A model generated the notes under the pieces. That model was given only the letters and a program-made list of their open reading frames with translations, was not told where the DNA came from and made no database searches. From Candidatus Aenigmatarchaeota archaeon (lineage in GTDB: Archaea > Aenigmatarchaeota > Aenigmatarchaeia > QMZP01), in NCBI GenBank assembly GCA_043824495.1, contig JBDRSV010000005.1:7955-71954 (forward strand): a DNA stretch of 64,000 nucleotides, read 5' to 3'. The number at the start of each line of letters is the position of its first letter. Position 1 is the stretch's first letter. Below, piece after piece: positions 17,244-27,507 of this stretch. The position numbers and the translations under genes are program-made.

Positions 17244-17693
17244 ATGGGTCAAATAGACGAGAAAGACATGAAGATTTTGAAAGTTCTAGAAGAACATGGA
17301 GACTATACAACTAGACAGATTTCTAAGAAGACGCTGTTACCTGCAACTACAATACATAACAGGATTAAGAATTTGAAGAAAATTGGAGTGATTAAAAAAT
17401 TCACTGTTGATCTTGATCATTCTAAAGTAGATAAAGGGTTGCTTGTTTATGTTCTAGTCTCTGTGAATTTACAATTGTTAAAACAAAGGAAGAAGAGTCA
17501 ATATGATATTGCAAATGAAATAAGAAAATTCTATTTCACTGATAAAGTTGATATAGTATCTGGTGGAACAGATCTAATGGCTGTTGTGAGAGTTAAAGAC
17601 GTGCAAGAATTCGATAAAGTTTTGCTAGAAAAGCTTCAGATGATTGAGGGTATAGAAAAAACACAATCATTGATCGTAATACATGAAGATTAG
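17244..17693 (+). CDS. Lrp/AsnC-family transcriptional regulator
   Basis: It has an N-terminal wHTH (DMKILKVLEEHGDYTTRQISKKTLLPATTIHNRIKNLKKIGVIKKF) and a C-terminal RAM-like domain. It is divergent from asnA. Confidence 0.85.
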   Translation: MGQIDEKDMKILKVLEEHGDYTTRQISKKTLLPATTIHNRIKNLKKIGVIKKFTVDLDHSKVDKGLLVYVLVSVNLQLLKQRKKSQYDIANEIRKFYFTDKVDIVSGGTDLMAVVRVKDVQEFDKVLLEKLQMIEGIEKTQSLIVIHED

Positions 17694-17729
17694 CTTGCAT
17701 TTTAATATCAAACAAACAAATAATAAACC

Positions 17730-18572
17730 ATGCTAGAATGGATATTGCTTGCAGTTGGTGTTGTAGGTTTTGGAGCAGCTGGTTATCTTGATTTGAAGAC
17801 AACAGAGTTTCCAGATTGGCTTCCTTATTCAATTATAATTGCAGCTTTGGTTATACGTGGTATTTTTGCATATACTACAGGCAATTTAGATTTGATAATC
17901 AATTCTATAACAATTGGAGTAGGGTTCTTACTATTCGGTCTAGCTTTATACTATCTCAGACAGTGGGGAGACGGTGATGCTTGGTTGTTAGGGGCTCTAG
18001 GTTTCTTATTCCCTGATGCAGCAGGATTTATTCCAGCTGCAACTCTAAACTTGCCTTTCTACTATATACAGATATTCAATTTCTTCTTAGTAGCTTTTGC
18101 TTACTTGATAATTTACTCTCTGGCTTTGGGAATGAAGAATCCAAAAATATGGAAGAGTTACAAAAAGGATTTGATTAAAGACAAAAATGGATTGATTATT
18201 TTGATTGTTGCATTTGCTGCAATAGCTTTAGGTGTTGTATATTATCTAAACATATCTGCAGGAATTCCTTTGTATAGAATGTACAATATTTTGTTGTTGC
18301 CACCATTATTCATATTCTTAATATTATTCGTAAGATATGGAAGACATATAGAGAAGGTGCTATTCAGAAAACAAATAGATGTAAAAGATTTGACAGCTGG
18401 AGATGTTCCGATGACTGACAAATGGAGAGTCTTAGATGACAAGGAAGTCAAGGAGCTAAAAAAGAAAGGTGGAAAGATCTGGATAAAAGAAGGAGTCAGA
18501 TTGGCACCTGTATTTATAATCTCTATGTTGATAAGCATTTTCTTTGGCACTTTGCTAGTTTTGTTTATCTAA
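17730..18572 (+). CDS. A24-family prepilin/preflagellin peptidase (PibD/FlaK-like)
   Basis: It is polytopic and carries both catalytic Asp motifs: YLDLKTTEFPDWL and WGDGDAWLLGALG. Confidence 0.8.
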   Translation: MLEWILLAVGVVGFGAAGYLDLKTTEFPDWLPYSIIIAALVIRGIFAYTTGNLDLIINSITIGVGFLLFGLALYYLRQWGDGDAWLLGALGFLFPDAAGFIPAATLNLPFYYIQIFNFFLVAFAYLIIYSLALGMKNPKIWKSYKKDLIKDKNGLIILIVAFAAIALGVVYYLNISAGIPLYRMYNILLLPPLFIFLILFVRYGRHIEKVLFRKQIDVKDLTAGDVPMTDKWRVLDDKEVKELKKKGGKIWIKEGVRLAPVFIISMLISIFFGTLLVLFI

Positions 18573-18607
18573 AATACTTTTATTTCTAAGGGGTAAATGA
18601 GTATTAT

Positions 18608-19327
18608 ATGAAGACGGTATTGGTGAGTGGTGGTACATGGGGCATAGGAAAAGGTGCAGTTATCCAACTACTTAAAGACGGGTTTAATGTTTCTGCGTTT
18701 TCTAGAGATCATAAAAAATGTGATACTTTCAAAAAAGAACTAGAAAGAGATTATGATAAAGAACGATTTCTTATAATGGATGGTGACGTAACAGATGAGG
18801 AAAATTTGCACACAATTATTAATGAAACATTGAAGAAATTTAAAAAAATAGATATTCTATTCAACAATGCAGGTTTTGGTTATTTTGAAGATTGTGATAA
18901 AGTAGACATTGATAGATTCCAAGAAATGGTTCAAACAAACATAATTGGTTTGTCTTTACTCACGAAGCTAATCGTACCTCATATGAAAAAACAGAAGTCT
19001 GGGTTGATAATAAACATGGCATCAATTTCAGGTAAGAGAGCTTTTGCTAACGGAGAATTCTATAGTGCAACAAAGTTTGCTGTTATGGGCTATTCTGAAG
19101 CTATTAGAAATGAACTCAAACCTTTTGGCATAAAAGTATTCACAATATGTCCAGGTATGGTTGAGACAGCATTTTTCACAGAAGAAGAGTTAGCAAGACG
19201 AAGAAAAACTTTAGGAATAAAAAATATAGTGAGACTTAGGGTAGAAGACATTAACAGAATAATTAGTTTAGTTTGTAATCAGTCAGAGCATTGTGACATC
19301 CAAGATCTAACAGTAATGCCGTTTTAG
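18608..19327 (+). CDS. short-chain dehydrogenase/reductase
   Basis: VLVSGGTWGIGKG (TGxxxGIG), NNAG and YSATK motifs are present. Confidence 0.85.
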   Translation: MKTVLVSGGTWGIGKGAVIQLLKDGFNVSAFSRDHKKCDTFKKELERDYDKERFLIMDGDVTDEENLHTIINETLKKFKKIDILFNNAGFGYFEDCDKVDIDRFQEMVQTNIIGLSLLTKLIVPHMKKQKSGLIINMASISGKRAFANGEFYSATKFAVMGYSEAIRNELKPFGIKVFTICPGMVETAFFTEEELARRRKTLGIKNIVRLRVEDINRIISLVCNQSEHCDIQDLTVMPF

Positions 19328-19331
19328 AAAA

Positions 19332-19799
19332 CTAATTATGCCTGTAAGCCATAGGACGCACATTTTCGTCATAATCTGTATAATCATCTACTCTAATCAA
19401 TGCTGTAGTCTCAAAAATTGTTGAAGTTACACTATATCTTGAGAGTCCTCTTCTCAGATAAAAAATAAGAGTATCTCCAAATTGGAAATCATCTCCTTCA
19501 GGTTTGAAATCATCTTCAGAATAATAAGCTGCTACATGATCCCCAAACTCTCTTGAAGTTAGAGGGGTTCTTACACCGTTGAATTTAAGGTTTTCTATTG
19601 TTCTGGTTCCCATGCTTTTTGTGAAAGAGGTTGCCATTCTACCAATTTCTATGAGAGAAGCTAATTCCGGAGAATCATCATAATCGCCTAATCTTTTTTC
19701 TATTCCACCTAGTATATCTTCTGTGGTGACTTCAGTACCTTCTCCGCCTATTCTCTCTTGTAAATAATCTTTCAGGGTTTGTCTTGACATGTAAATCAC
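19332..19799 (-). CDS. hypothetical protein
   Basis: 155-aa ORF with backbone composition. Confidence 0.5.
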   Translation of the reverse strand: MIYMSRQTLKDYLQERIGGEGTEVTTEDILGGIEKRLGDYDDSPELASLIEIGRMATSFTKSMGTRTIENLKFNGVRTPLTSREFGDHVAAYYSEDDFKPEGDDFQFGDTLIFYLRRGLSRYSVTSTIFETTALIRVDDYTDYDENVRPMAYRHN

Positions 19800-19920
19800 T
19801 TGGTTTAGAAATACGATAAGACTTTTTAAAGATTTGCCATGTCAGAATCAAAAAATATATAAAAAAAATAAAAAAATGGGGATTGCTCCCCTTACAGTTT
19901 AAGCTGGTAACATTATGAGT

Positions 19921-20229
19921 TTATCTTCCTCTGATTGTTTTAATTCTTTCTACACCAACTTTTCTAACTGTTGGTTTCCATACGCTTGCTGGTAGCCAAT
20001 CGACTCTGCTGTCTGCTGGGACTGTAACCTTTGCTCTAGAACCCTTGAAGATGTGAATTGTGTAAGTTCTGTCTTTGTTCCTTCGTCCTCGTTCTCTGAG
20101 TCTTATTTCTGTATATCCTCTTGTTGCGGCTTTCAAAGCTGCTTGTCTTGGCTGTCTACCAGTAAAGATAGAAACTCGACTTCCTTTCTTAAGAATGTAA
20201 TATTTCTTTTTTGCTTTTCTTCTAGCCAT
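19921..20229 (-). CDS. archaeal chromatin protein MC1
   Basis: FTGRQPRQAALKAATRGYTEIRLRERG matches the MC1 signature as recalled from Methanosarcina MC1 (FTGKQPRQAALKAANRG...IRLRERG). Confidence 0.8.
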   Translation of the reverse strand: MARRKAKKKYYILKKGSRVSIFTGRQPRQAALKAATRGYTEIRLRERGRRNKDRTYTIHIFKGSRAKVTVPADSRVDWLPASVWKPTVRKVGVERIKTIRGR

Positions 20230-20460
20230 AGTTCACCTCAATTTGTTAAAACTTGTTATATATTTTATGTTCTTAGTATTTATAAACGTTTCCCTGTATG
20301 TCGGTTTTATTACACCGTAATTTGTAACCCACCAGTTGCAAATAATCTTTGTTAAAATAGTCGCGGTGCATCGTTATAACGGTGTTATAAACACAAAAAA
20401 TCTTAGAAAAACAGTAGAAAAACAGTTTAGCATTTAAATCTGGAAAAAATTTAATAAAGT

Positions 20461-20766
20461 ATGAATACCAATCCTCTTTATAACAATCTGAAAAGGTTAA
20501 TGTGGTATTTATTTGCAGGAATGCGAGGCGGACCAACAAGAATAAAAATAATGGATTTCTTGCTTGACAGACCATATAACATGAATCAATTAAGCAAAGA
20601 ATTGAAGATGGACTATAAGACTATTAGGCATCATATAAAAGTCCTAGAACAAAATAGATTAATAACATCAGAAGAAAAGAAATATGGGACCATATATTTC
20701 CCAACACAATTGTTTGAACAACACAAGGAAATATTTGATGAAATTAAAAGTAAGATAAAGGTGTAA
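20461..20766 (+). CDS. ArsR-like winged-helix regulator (module copy 1)
   Basis: RIKIMDFLLDRPYNMNQLSKELKMDYKTIRHHIKVLEQNRLI. It is a paralogue of 27508..27831. Confidence 0.65.
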   Translation: MNTNPLYNNLKRLMWYLFAGMRGGPTRIKIMDFLLDRPYNMNQLSKELKMDYKTIRHHIKVLEQNRLITSEEKKYGTIYFPTQLFEQHKEIFDEIKSKIKV

Positions 20767-20767
20767 T

Positions 20768-21052
20768 ATGGCTTTAGAAGATACATTGACTTTGGGATTA
20801 ATTTTTGTTAACATTGTTCTAGCAATAGCGTTGTTTGTAATATATGCAAGAAGTTTCAAAGCAATCAACTCAAAAACCACTCTGGGACTGCTATTCTTCT
20901 CTCTAGCGTTTGTCATAGAGAATATATTCAATTTTTACTTCTACAACTCGTTGATAGTACAAGAATTACTCAGTTTAACAACATTTAATTTTGCAGTAAA
21001 TTTACTAGAAATGATAGGATTAATTATCCTACTTTGGGTAACTTGGAAATAA
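20768..21052 (+). CDS. small 3-TM membrane protein (module copy 1)
   Basis: It starts 1 nt after the regulator stop. It is a paralogue of 27184..27471, and both end in LLEMIGLIILLW / LLELGGLIALVY. Confidence 0.55.
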   Translation: MALEDTLTLGLIFVNIVLAIALFVIYARSFKAINSKTTLGLLFFSLAFVIENIFNFYFYNSLIVQELLSLTTFNFAVNLLEMIGLIILLWVTWK

Positions 21053-21319
21053 AATATATATTTTTAAACCGATATCAAGCAACATAATGTGGAAGTAAAT
21101 TGGACCTTAGTTGGGAATAAGTTTATATACGGTTTTGAATAACGTTTTAGTATTAAGTAAATCATATTCCTCCAAAACTTTCGGGAATGATCTGATAAGC
21201 TGCTTGTGCTTGTAGTTGATTCGGATGACCCAAAAGCCCTCCTTCATAATAAATTGCCAAGAAACGAGGTTTCGCAACCCGCCTTGTTTCTTGGTATTAT
21301 GTTTTTCTAAAAATATAAA

Positions 21320-21877
21320 TTATTTTGAAACGAAAAGCTCTATAATTTTTTTACAGGTTACTTCAGCTTCCTTTATACAATCATTTAGAGTTAGTAATTT
21401 CTTCTTATCATTCATTTTCTTTAGAACATACTTGACTGAATCTTCGTAACTAAATCCTCTAAGACCTAATTCATGTAGCCATATTAAGCTACCTTCAATT
21501 GTCACAAATTTGAAGCATTCTGCATTTTTGACTACTTCTGCAATCTTAGATTCTGTAGGAACTTTGTCATGATGTGCCTCAATAGAATTTAGAATTATTT
21601 TCTTTTCTTTCTCATCAACTTTCCATTCATCTAAATATTTCTTTGAAAAATCTGCACTTAGTTGAGGGTGATTTTCCCTCATACTGTTCCCCGTTTTGTT
21701 ATCAAAGATTGTGTGAGAAAGATACAGAGAGACTAAAACAAGCTTTTCATCAACGTTATATTTCTTAGCTAATTCTTTCCCCTTTCTGATTGCAATTTCA
21801 GTTAAGAGCCAAGGAGGAGAATCATTCTTCTTACATTGTTCATATGCCAAATCCCTAGATAACTTGACTAGATCCAT
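21320..21877 (-). CDS. hypothetical protein, HD-superfamily-like
   Basis: 185 aa. The LYLSHTIFD and IEAHHD patterns are only loosely HD-like. Confidence 0.4.
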   Translation of the reverse strand: MDLVKLSRDLAYEQCKKNDSPPWLLTEIAIRKGKELAKKYNVDEKLVLVSLYLSHTIFDNKTGNSMRENHPQLSADFSKKYLDEWKVDEKEKKIILNSIEAHHDKVPTESKIAEVVKNAECFKFVTIEGSLIWLHELGLRGFSYEDSVKYVLKKMNDKKKLLTLNDCIKEAEVTCKKIIELFVSK

Positions 21878-22015
21878 GTTTTTATTTAAATTTAATGATT
21901 AAAAAGGAAATATGGATGATCTAGTTTATTATTCAGAAACAGTTGCTAGAGAAATTCATGATAAAATTCATGATAAAGGATGGAATGTTTATAGAGATTC
22001 TGGAAGACACATTCT

Positions 22016-22312
22016 TTGGATTTAATAGATAATTTTGTGGATGGGGATTTAGAATTAGATACTATGTATGAATTATTACCAAAAATAGACGAACCTGAGG
22101 GTGTTGTTCAAATGGCATTCAAACTTGGAAATCCTGGGATCACAAGACCTCTTATAAGGTATGGAGTAACTCGTGTACTAGTAGGATTCAAACTCCGTGA
22201 TGGTTACACTGATATAGTTATTCGGAGAGGATCACAAGCACCTGACACTTCTAATCTTCCTTATAAATCATTTCTAAATGCTCTAGATACTTTAATAGAT
22301 ATCTCAGTATAG
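22016..22312 (+). CDS. hypothetical protein (possibly 3' part of a frameshifted gene starting at 21912)
   Basis: The ORF track entry starts with TTG. A 37-codon ORF at 21912..22025 overlaps it in another frame. Confidence 0.3.
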   Translation: MDLIDNFVDGDLELDTMYELLPKIDEPEGVVQMAFKLGNPGITRPLIRYGVTRVLVGFKLRDGYTDIVIRRGSQAPDTSNLPYKSFLNALDTLIDISV

Positions 22313-22313
22313 T

Positions 22314-23600
22314 CTACCTCTTCATTCTAGAATAAACAAAGTAAATCACAGCTCCAATTATAATCACAACTATTTCTGCTAGTATTATTATAGGTTCGAA
22401 CTGGAAGAGCATAAAGAATGTAGTTATAGCTCCTAGTGCAGCTAGTACAGGGAACTTTCCAACGTTTATAGGAGATCTGAAAGGTCTCTTTTCATCTGGT
22501 TTCTTGAATCTAAGCCAAATAAGAGCCAAATTCACAAAGAAATATGCTATGAATACGCCTATATTTGTGAGAGTGGCTACTATGCTTATATCCCCTATCA
22601 AAGTCAATAGAGCTGCCACAGCAGCTACTAGGATTATAGCATAGTGTGGCGTTCTCCTGCCGCGATGTACGTGCCCTAAGAAGCTAGGTAATCCTCCTTC
22701 TCTAGCCATTCCATAGAGCATGCGCGAAGCTACTATGAGGAATATGAGTATGGTGTTGCCTGTGGCAAAAAGGGCTATTATAGAGTAGATCCAGAGCATC
22801 TGAGGACCTGCTGCAGCTACTGCAACATCTGTCAAAGGAGCATCAGAAGCCGCTAAAGCTGCTGATCCTACTATTGAAGTAGCCGAAATAGCGACTAGTA
22901 TATACAAAATTGTGGAAAATGCAAGAGAAATCAACAACGCTTTCGGAATCACTTTAGTAGCATTTTTAGTCTCCTCGCTGATATTTGCCAGATCCTCGAA
23001 TCCTATGAAAGCAAAAAATACCAGAGTTACTCCAGCAAATATTCCGGGAATTCCACTTGACATATCAAGAAGATTTACTTGGGTGTTACCCAAGAAACTC
23101 AATCCAAGAACTACAATCAGAATCAATCCTCCAGCTTCTATGAATGTAGATAAAATATTGAATTTGGCTGACTCTTTGATTCCAAATAGATTGATTAATG
23201 TGAATAAAATAATTGCACCAATTGCAACAGGAATTATTGGCGTGTTGAACAAACTTTGGAAATATCCAGAGAATCCAATTGCTACAGTAGTTCCTGCAAC
23301 AATCAAACCAATAATAACAATCCAAGAGACTATGAAAGAGATAGACTCTCGATTAAACGCTTTTTTTGTATAAACATATTCTGCAGCTGATTTAGGATAC
23401 ATGGAAGATAATTCAGCATAAGATAATCCAGTGAAAGCAGCTATGATAGCTCCTATAACAAAGGACAACCAAAAAGAGTCTCCTGTTACACCAGCAGCTT
23501 TTCCTATGATTGCGTATATGCCTGCACCAAGAATTATGCCAATTCCATACACTGTAGTTTCGAATAAACCTAGTTCTTTTTTGAGTGCATGTTCAGCCAT
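22314..23600 (-). CDS. APC-superfamily amino acid permease
   Basis: About 12 TM helices. The start was moved to MAEHALKKELGLFE, which removes the overlap with thrS. Confidence 0.8.
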   Translation of the reverse strand: MAEHALKKELGLFETTVYGIGIILGAGIYAIIGKAAGVTGDSFWLSFVIGAIIAAFTGLSYAELSSMYPKSAAEYVYTKKAFNRESISFIVSWIVIIGLIVAGTTVAIGFSGYFQSLFNTPIIPVAIGAIILFTLINLFGIKESAKFNILSTFIEAGGLILIVVLGLSFLGNTQVNLLDMSSGIPGIFAGVTLVFFAFIGFEDLANISEETKNATKVIPKALLISLAFSTILYILVAISATSIVGSAALAASDAPLTDVAVAAAGPQMLWIYSIIALFATGNTILIFLIVASRMLYGMAREGGLPSFLGHVHRGRRTPHYAIILVAAVAALLTLIGDISIVATLTNIGVFIAYFFVNLALIWLRFKKPDEKRPFRSPINVGKFPVLAALGAITTFFMLFQFEPIIILAEIVVIIIGAVIYFVYSRMKR

Positions 23601-23625
23601 GATAAGAATATAGTTGAGGAGGGAA

Positions 23626-25302
23626 TTAAGCTTTACTCCAGATCTCATTTATCAGTTTCTTGATAAAGTCGTCTTTCTTGACACCGAATTCAACTTTCTC
23701 GTGTCCTCTTGTTCTAATAGCTAGAGTTCCAGCTTTCTCTTCTTTGTCACCGATTACAATTGTGTAAGGAATTTTGTGAACTTCGGCGTCTCTTACTTTA
23801 TAATCAAGAGTATCATTTCTAATATCTAGCTCTATTCTAAATCCAATCTTTTTTAGTTCTTCACCTAAAGCTTCTGCAGCTTTTATATTTCTCTCAGTGA
23901 ATGAAAGAACTTTTACTTGAACAGGAGCTAACCAGATAGGGAAGTCACCTTTATAATGTTCAACTAATATTCCTAAGAATCTTTCTATTGCACCGTATAA
24001 TACTCTGTGGATAATCACAGGTCTATGCTCTTTGTTATCTTTACCAGTGTAAGAAATATCAAATCTCTGAGGCATTTGGAAATCTACTTGTATAGTTGCG
24101 CATTGCCAGCTTCTTCCCAAAGAATCTTTTATGTGGAAGTCAATTTTAGGTCCATAGAAAGCTCCATCACCTGGATTGAGTTTGTAATTCATTTTCAGCT
24201 TCTTTAGAGAATCTTCTAAAGCTTTCTCAGCTTTATCCCATATCTCTTTTGAACCCATTGCCTTTTCAGGTCTTGTAGATAATTCTATATCGAATTTGAA
24301 ACCGAATTTTTTGTAAAAACTTGTAACCATTTCAGCAACATTTTCTATTTCTTTTTCTAGTTGCTCTTCGGTCACGAAAATATGAGCATCGTCTTGAGTG
24401 AAAGCTCTTAATCTAAATAGTCCAGATAAAACACCACTCAATTCATTTCTATGTACAAGTCCAAGTTCTGCTAGTTTTAGAGGTAAATCCCTGTAACTCT
24501 TTTTTCCATTCTTGTAAACTAAGATAGCTCCAGGGCAATTCATTGGTTTAACAGCAAAATCAACTTCGTCTATGTTAGTAAAAAACATGTTCTCTTTGTA
24601 GTGGTCCCAGTGACCACTTATTTCCCATATATTCTTGTTCATGATAAGAGGAGTGTTAATCTCTTTGTAATCATATTTTACGTGTTCTTGTCTCCAGAAT
24701 TCAATCATGTTATTCAAAATAACTTTTCCTTTTGGATGGAAGAATACCATACCAGGGGCAACTTCTTGGAAACTATACAAATCTAATTTCTGTCCAAGTA
24801 TTCTGTGATCATTTTCACTTAGTTCTTCTCTGCTTAAGTGGGTTTTACCTGTAATTGTTTTAACATCCTTTTTCTGCTCTTCTTTTGCACTGATTTGTTT
24901 ACTTAGTTCAGATAATGGGTGTCCTTTACAAGATAAATTGAAAGCTTTGTACCAACCAAATGGAGCGCTTTTTATAGGAATTTTCTTCTTGGAAAGTTCC
25001 TGTTCTATTCTTTCAAGTACATGCATTGCGGTGTGAGGACTTGACAGATTCGGCGATAAATGAGCATAAGGATAAATTACAACATTTTTTGCTTTTACTT
25101 GTTCTAAAACTTTTATGATTTCTATTACAGTGTCACCTACAATCTTGTCTGGATTTTTTTCATCGTCCTTCTCAACTGCAGACATCACAACTAGAGCGTC
25201 TTCTACTCTTACCTTTCCTTTTTCTACATCATCTGCAGTTTTGATAGCCTTTTTCTTAGGTTCCCATTCCACAAAATCCGTGTGCAGTAAAAGTATCTTC
25301 AT
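23626..25302 (-). CDS. thrS: threonyl-tRNA synthetase, archaeal type with N-terminal archaeal editing domain
   Basis: The class II core (FRLRAFTQDDAHIF, GAFYGPKIDF, HRVLYGAIERF) sits behind an MKILLLHTDFVEWEP... editing-domain-like N-terminus. Confidence 0.9.
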   Translation of the reverse strand: MKILLLHTDFVEWEPKKKAIKTADDVEKGKVRVEDALVVMSAVEKDDEKNPDKIVGDTVIEIIKVLEQVKAKNVVIYPYAHLSPNLSSPHTAMHVLERIEQELSKKKIPIKSAPFGWYKAFNLSCKGHPLSELSKQISAKEEQKKDVKTITGKTHLSREELSENDHRILGQKLDLYSFQEVAPGMVFFHPKGKVILNNMIEFWRQEHVKYDYKEINTPLIMNKNIWEISGHWDHYKENMFFTNIDEVDFAVKPMNCPGAILVYKNGKKSYRDLPLKLAELGLVHRNELSGVLSGLFRLRAFTQDDAHIFVTEEQLEKEIENVAEMVTSFYKKFGFKFDIELSTRPEKAMGSKEIWDKAEKALEDSLKKLKMNYKLNPGDGAFYGPKIDFHIKDSLGRSWQCATIQVDFQMPQRFDISYTGKDNKEHRPVIIHRVLYGAIERFLGILVEHYKGDFPIWLAPVQVKVLSFTERNIKAAEALGEELKKIGFRIELDIRNDTLDYKVRDAEVHKIPYTIVIGDKEEKAGTLAIRTRGHEKVEFGVKKDDFIKKLINEIWSKA

Positions 25303-25366
25303 ATAACCACTATATAATTTATGTAATAGATGTTTTATAAATTAGAATAACATAAATACACAATAT

Positions 25367-25439
25367 AGCCCTGTAGTCTAGTGGTCAAGGATGCGAGGTT
25401 CTGGTCCTCGTGACAGCGGTTCGAATCCGCTCGGGGCTA
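25367..25439 (+). tRNA. tRNA-Gln (anticodon CTG)
   Basis: Hand-folded cloverleaf: acceptor AGCCCTG/CGGGGCT, anticodon arm CGAGG-TTCTGGT-CCTCG, T arm AGCGG-TTCGAAT-CCGCT. No CCA is encoded. Confidence 0.85.
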
Positions 25440-26507
25440 TGTTCCTATATTCTTTACGTTCTTCCATATACCCTTAAATGATGATAAAAGTATATCACTG
25501 ATACCCCCGGGATCATATGCTTTGAGGATTGCAAACACATATTTCGACTTGAAATTTGGTGGATAAAAGGCCATGTATTTTGGTTCCCAGAAAGTTGGGC
25601 CGAACTTTTGTTTATAATTAAAAAGAGGTTTGAATTTATAAAAGTAGTTAAGATTATTGTATGCAAAATCAAGAGCTTTGTATATGAATTCTTTTTTCTT
25701 CTCATCTTTTGTAACATCAGCTAACGGGGCCGAACCTAAAGTAACAAGTTTGTATCCTTGTTCTCTTAGTATTCGAAATGTATCGGTTATTAATAATTCT
25801 GTTGTTCCTTTTTCTGGATCTTCCTTTCTCCTAAGTATATCAAAATAAACACCATTACGAGAAAATATAGGTACACACACAAGAAAAGCCTCTAGCTTAT
25901 TTTCTTGATTAAAGACAAGAAAATATTTTCTATCACGGGGATCATCTAGAGACGCTGTACCAACTAGAAATGAGAATTCTCCTGTTTTCTTTGATTTTTG
26001 CCATAATTCAGAAAGAGCTGCCATATGGTATTCGTAATCTCTGTCCCGTTTTTCTAATGGTCTATACTCCTCCACTCTGAAACCGTCTTTTTTTGCATGG
26101 TTTATTTCATTGCGCAGGTCCATGAATCTGCCTCCTGCAGTGTTCCATTCATCTAAGTCAAAAAACGGCTCTTCTCCTATCTTAATATAGTTGAATCCCA
26201 TTATCTCTAGAATATCTTTAACCTTCTTGCTGATTGCCTGAAAACAACAGTCTTTATTGTTTCTTCGGCAAAATAATCTAAACTCGTGGACAAAATTTAT
26301 AATGTTCTGGTCATCACACACCGGATCACCGGCAACAAGAAAAATATCCGCTATTTCAATATAAGCTATAACACCTTCTATTCCTTTCTCGCTGAAAAAA
26401 TATTTCTTATTGCCAATTAGTATATTATAAGAAGTTGAGTTGTATCCGTATTTTCTAATCAAGTCTAATATTCTATATTCATTCTCACCAAAATCGACAT
26501 CATTCAT
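25437..26507 (-). CDS. stand-alone DUF2156 / MprF C-terminal-like (aminoacyl-phosphatidylglycerol synthase-like) domain protein
   Basis: Its soluble ~356 aa resemble the MprF synthase domain overall, with no TM flippase part. Start chosen at MNDVDFGENEY. The stop codon overlaps the last 3 nt of tRNA-Gln on the opposite strand. Confidence 0.6.
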   Translation of the reverse strand: MNDVDFGENEYRILDLIRKYGYNSTSYNILIGNKKYFFSEKGIEGVIAYIEIADIFLVAGDPVCDDQNIINFVHEFRLFCRRNNKDCCFQAISKKVKDILEIMGFNYIKIGEEPFFDLDEWNTAGGRFMDLRNEINHAKKDGFRVEEYRPLEKRDRDYEYHMAALSELWQKSKKTGEFSFLVGTASLDDPRDRKYFLVFNQENKLEAFLVCVPIFSRNGVYFDILRRKEDPEKGTTELLITDTFRILREQGYKLVTLGSAPLADVTKDEKKKEFIYKALDFAYNNLNYFYKFKPLFNYKQKFGPTFWEPKYMAFYPPNFKSKYVFAILKAYDPGGISDILLSSFKGIWKNVKNIGT

Positions 26508-27183
26508 ATAACGATTGGCATGACATGGTACAGCCACGAGTTTTTAAAAACTGATGATGACGTTGCGGGTCGCCACAAGGCTCATCCCCGATAAGCATAT
26601 AACCACTTATGAGAGCTTAATGCTGCCATACCCATCCCCTCCATGGAATAATATTGGTGAAGTTAATAAATTCGTTCTCCAGAATGTCTTCATAATTTTC
26701 TCTTATTATTAATGCAATGCGAAAGAACAGTTAGAACATTTGTAGCTGTCGTGGGTTCAATTATGAAGAAAAACTGAATCAGTTATGATACTATATTGTA
26801 AGTTCCTTGGAATATGAATTTAATAAGGAATTCTACTTCTTATTTGGAGACCCCAAATGGAGGTGGTTATATGTGCCCTTTGCAGGCATTTCAGTTCCTA
26901 GAGCCCATAGAATTCAATATCTGTGATAAGTGTAGATCTTACAACAAACATCTAGAATCAACGGATATAGGATGGATATGTAGGTCATGTGTGAGGAGAG
27001 AATATATTGGAGGGGGAATGTTTATATGAAAGAAGACGTTAAACTAGTCCCTGGAAAACAAGAGGAGGCGCCTGATATTCAATTAGTGCCATTCAGCAAA
27101 CAATTGGTATCGCCCGCTGAACAAGAAGATGTATACCTTGACTTGTTTGACGTTGAATCTATCCTCGTTTAATTTTTATTTTT

Positions 27184-27471
27184 TTATTTTCTTGTTGTAT
27201 ATACAAGAGCAATAAGACCTCCTAGCTCTAATAAGTTCAATATTGAGTTGTGGAAGTTTACTCCATTTATATAGTCTATTCCAGAAAATAATCTAAAGTA
27301 AACAGAAGAAACATTGTTAAGGAACAATAGAACTACAAAGAAAAGGAGACCTCCTGTAAACCCGGATTTTATCTTTTTGTGAGTCTTTCCATAAAAAATC
27401 ACAAGGTATAGTAATAGTAGGCTGTTTATTATGCGGACACCGATAGCGAAGTAAATGATATCGAAACTCAT
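27184..27471 (-). CDS. small 3-TM membrane protein (module copy 2)
   Basis: Paralogue of 20768..21052, located downstream of the regulator paralogue. Confidence 0.55.
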   Translation of the reverse strand: MSFDIIYFAIGVRIINSLLLLYLVIFYGKTHKKIKSGFTGGLLFFVVLLFLNNVSSVYFRLFSGIDYINGVNFHNSILNLLELGGLIALVYTTRK

Positions 27472-27507
27472 ATTTATTTACACCCTTAGCTTCTTTTTAT
27501 TTCTTTC

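Noticed and set aside
21912-22312. Possible programmed frameshift joining a 37-codon ORF (21912..22025) to ORF 22016..22312
   Set aside because: There is no slippery heptamer or obvious stimulatory structure at the overlap. A sequencing error, a pseudogene or two separate small genes are equally likely.
26545-26660. GC-richer patch in the 270-nt intergenic region with TGATGATGA, considered as a C/D-box sRNA or other ncRNA
   Set aside because: It has a C-box-like sequence but no properly spaced D', C' or D boxes (CTGA), and I could not fold it into a known RNA. It remains unexplained and would need a covariance-model scan.
26735-26775. GTCGTGGGTTCAATT resembling a tRNA T-arm
   Set aside because: The 3' side of the T-stem and the acceptor stem have no complement, so no cloverleaf can be drawn.
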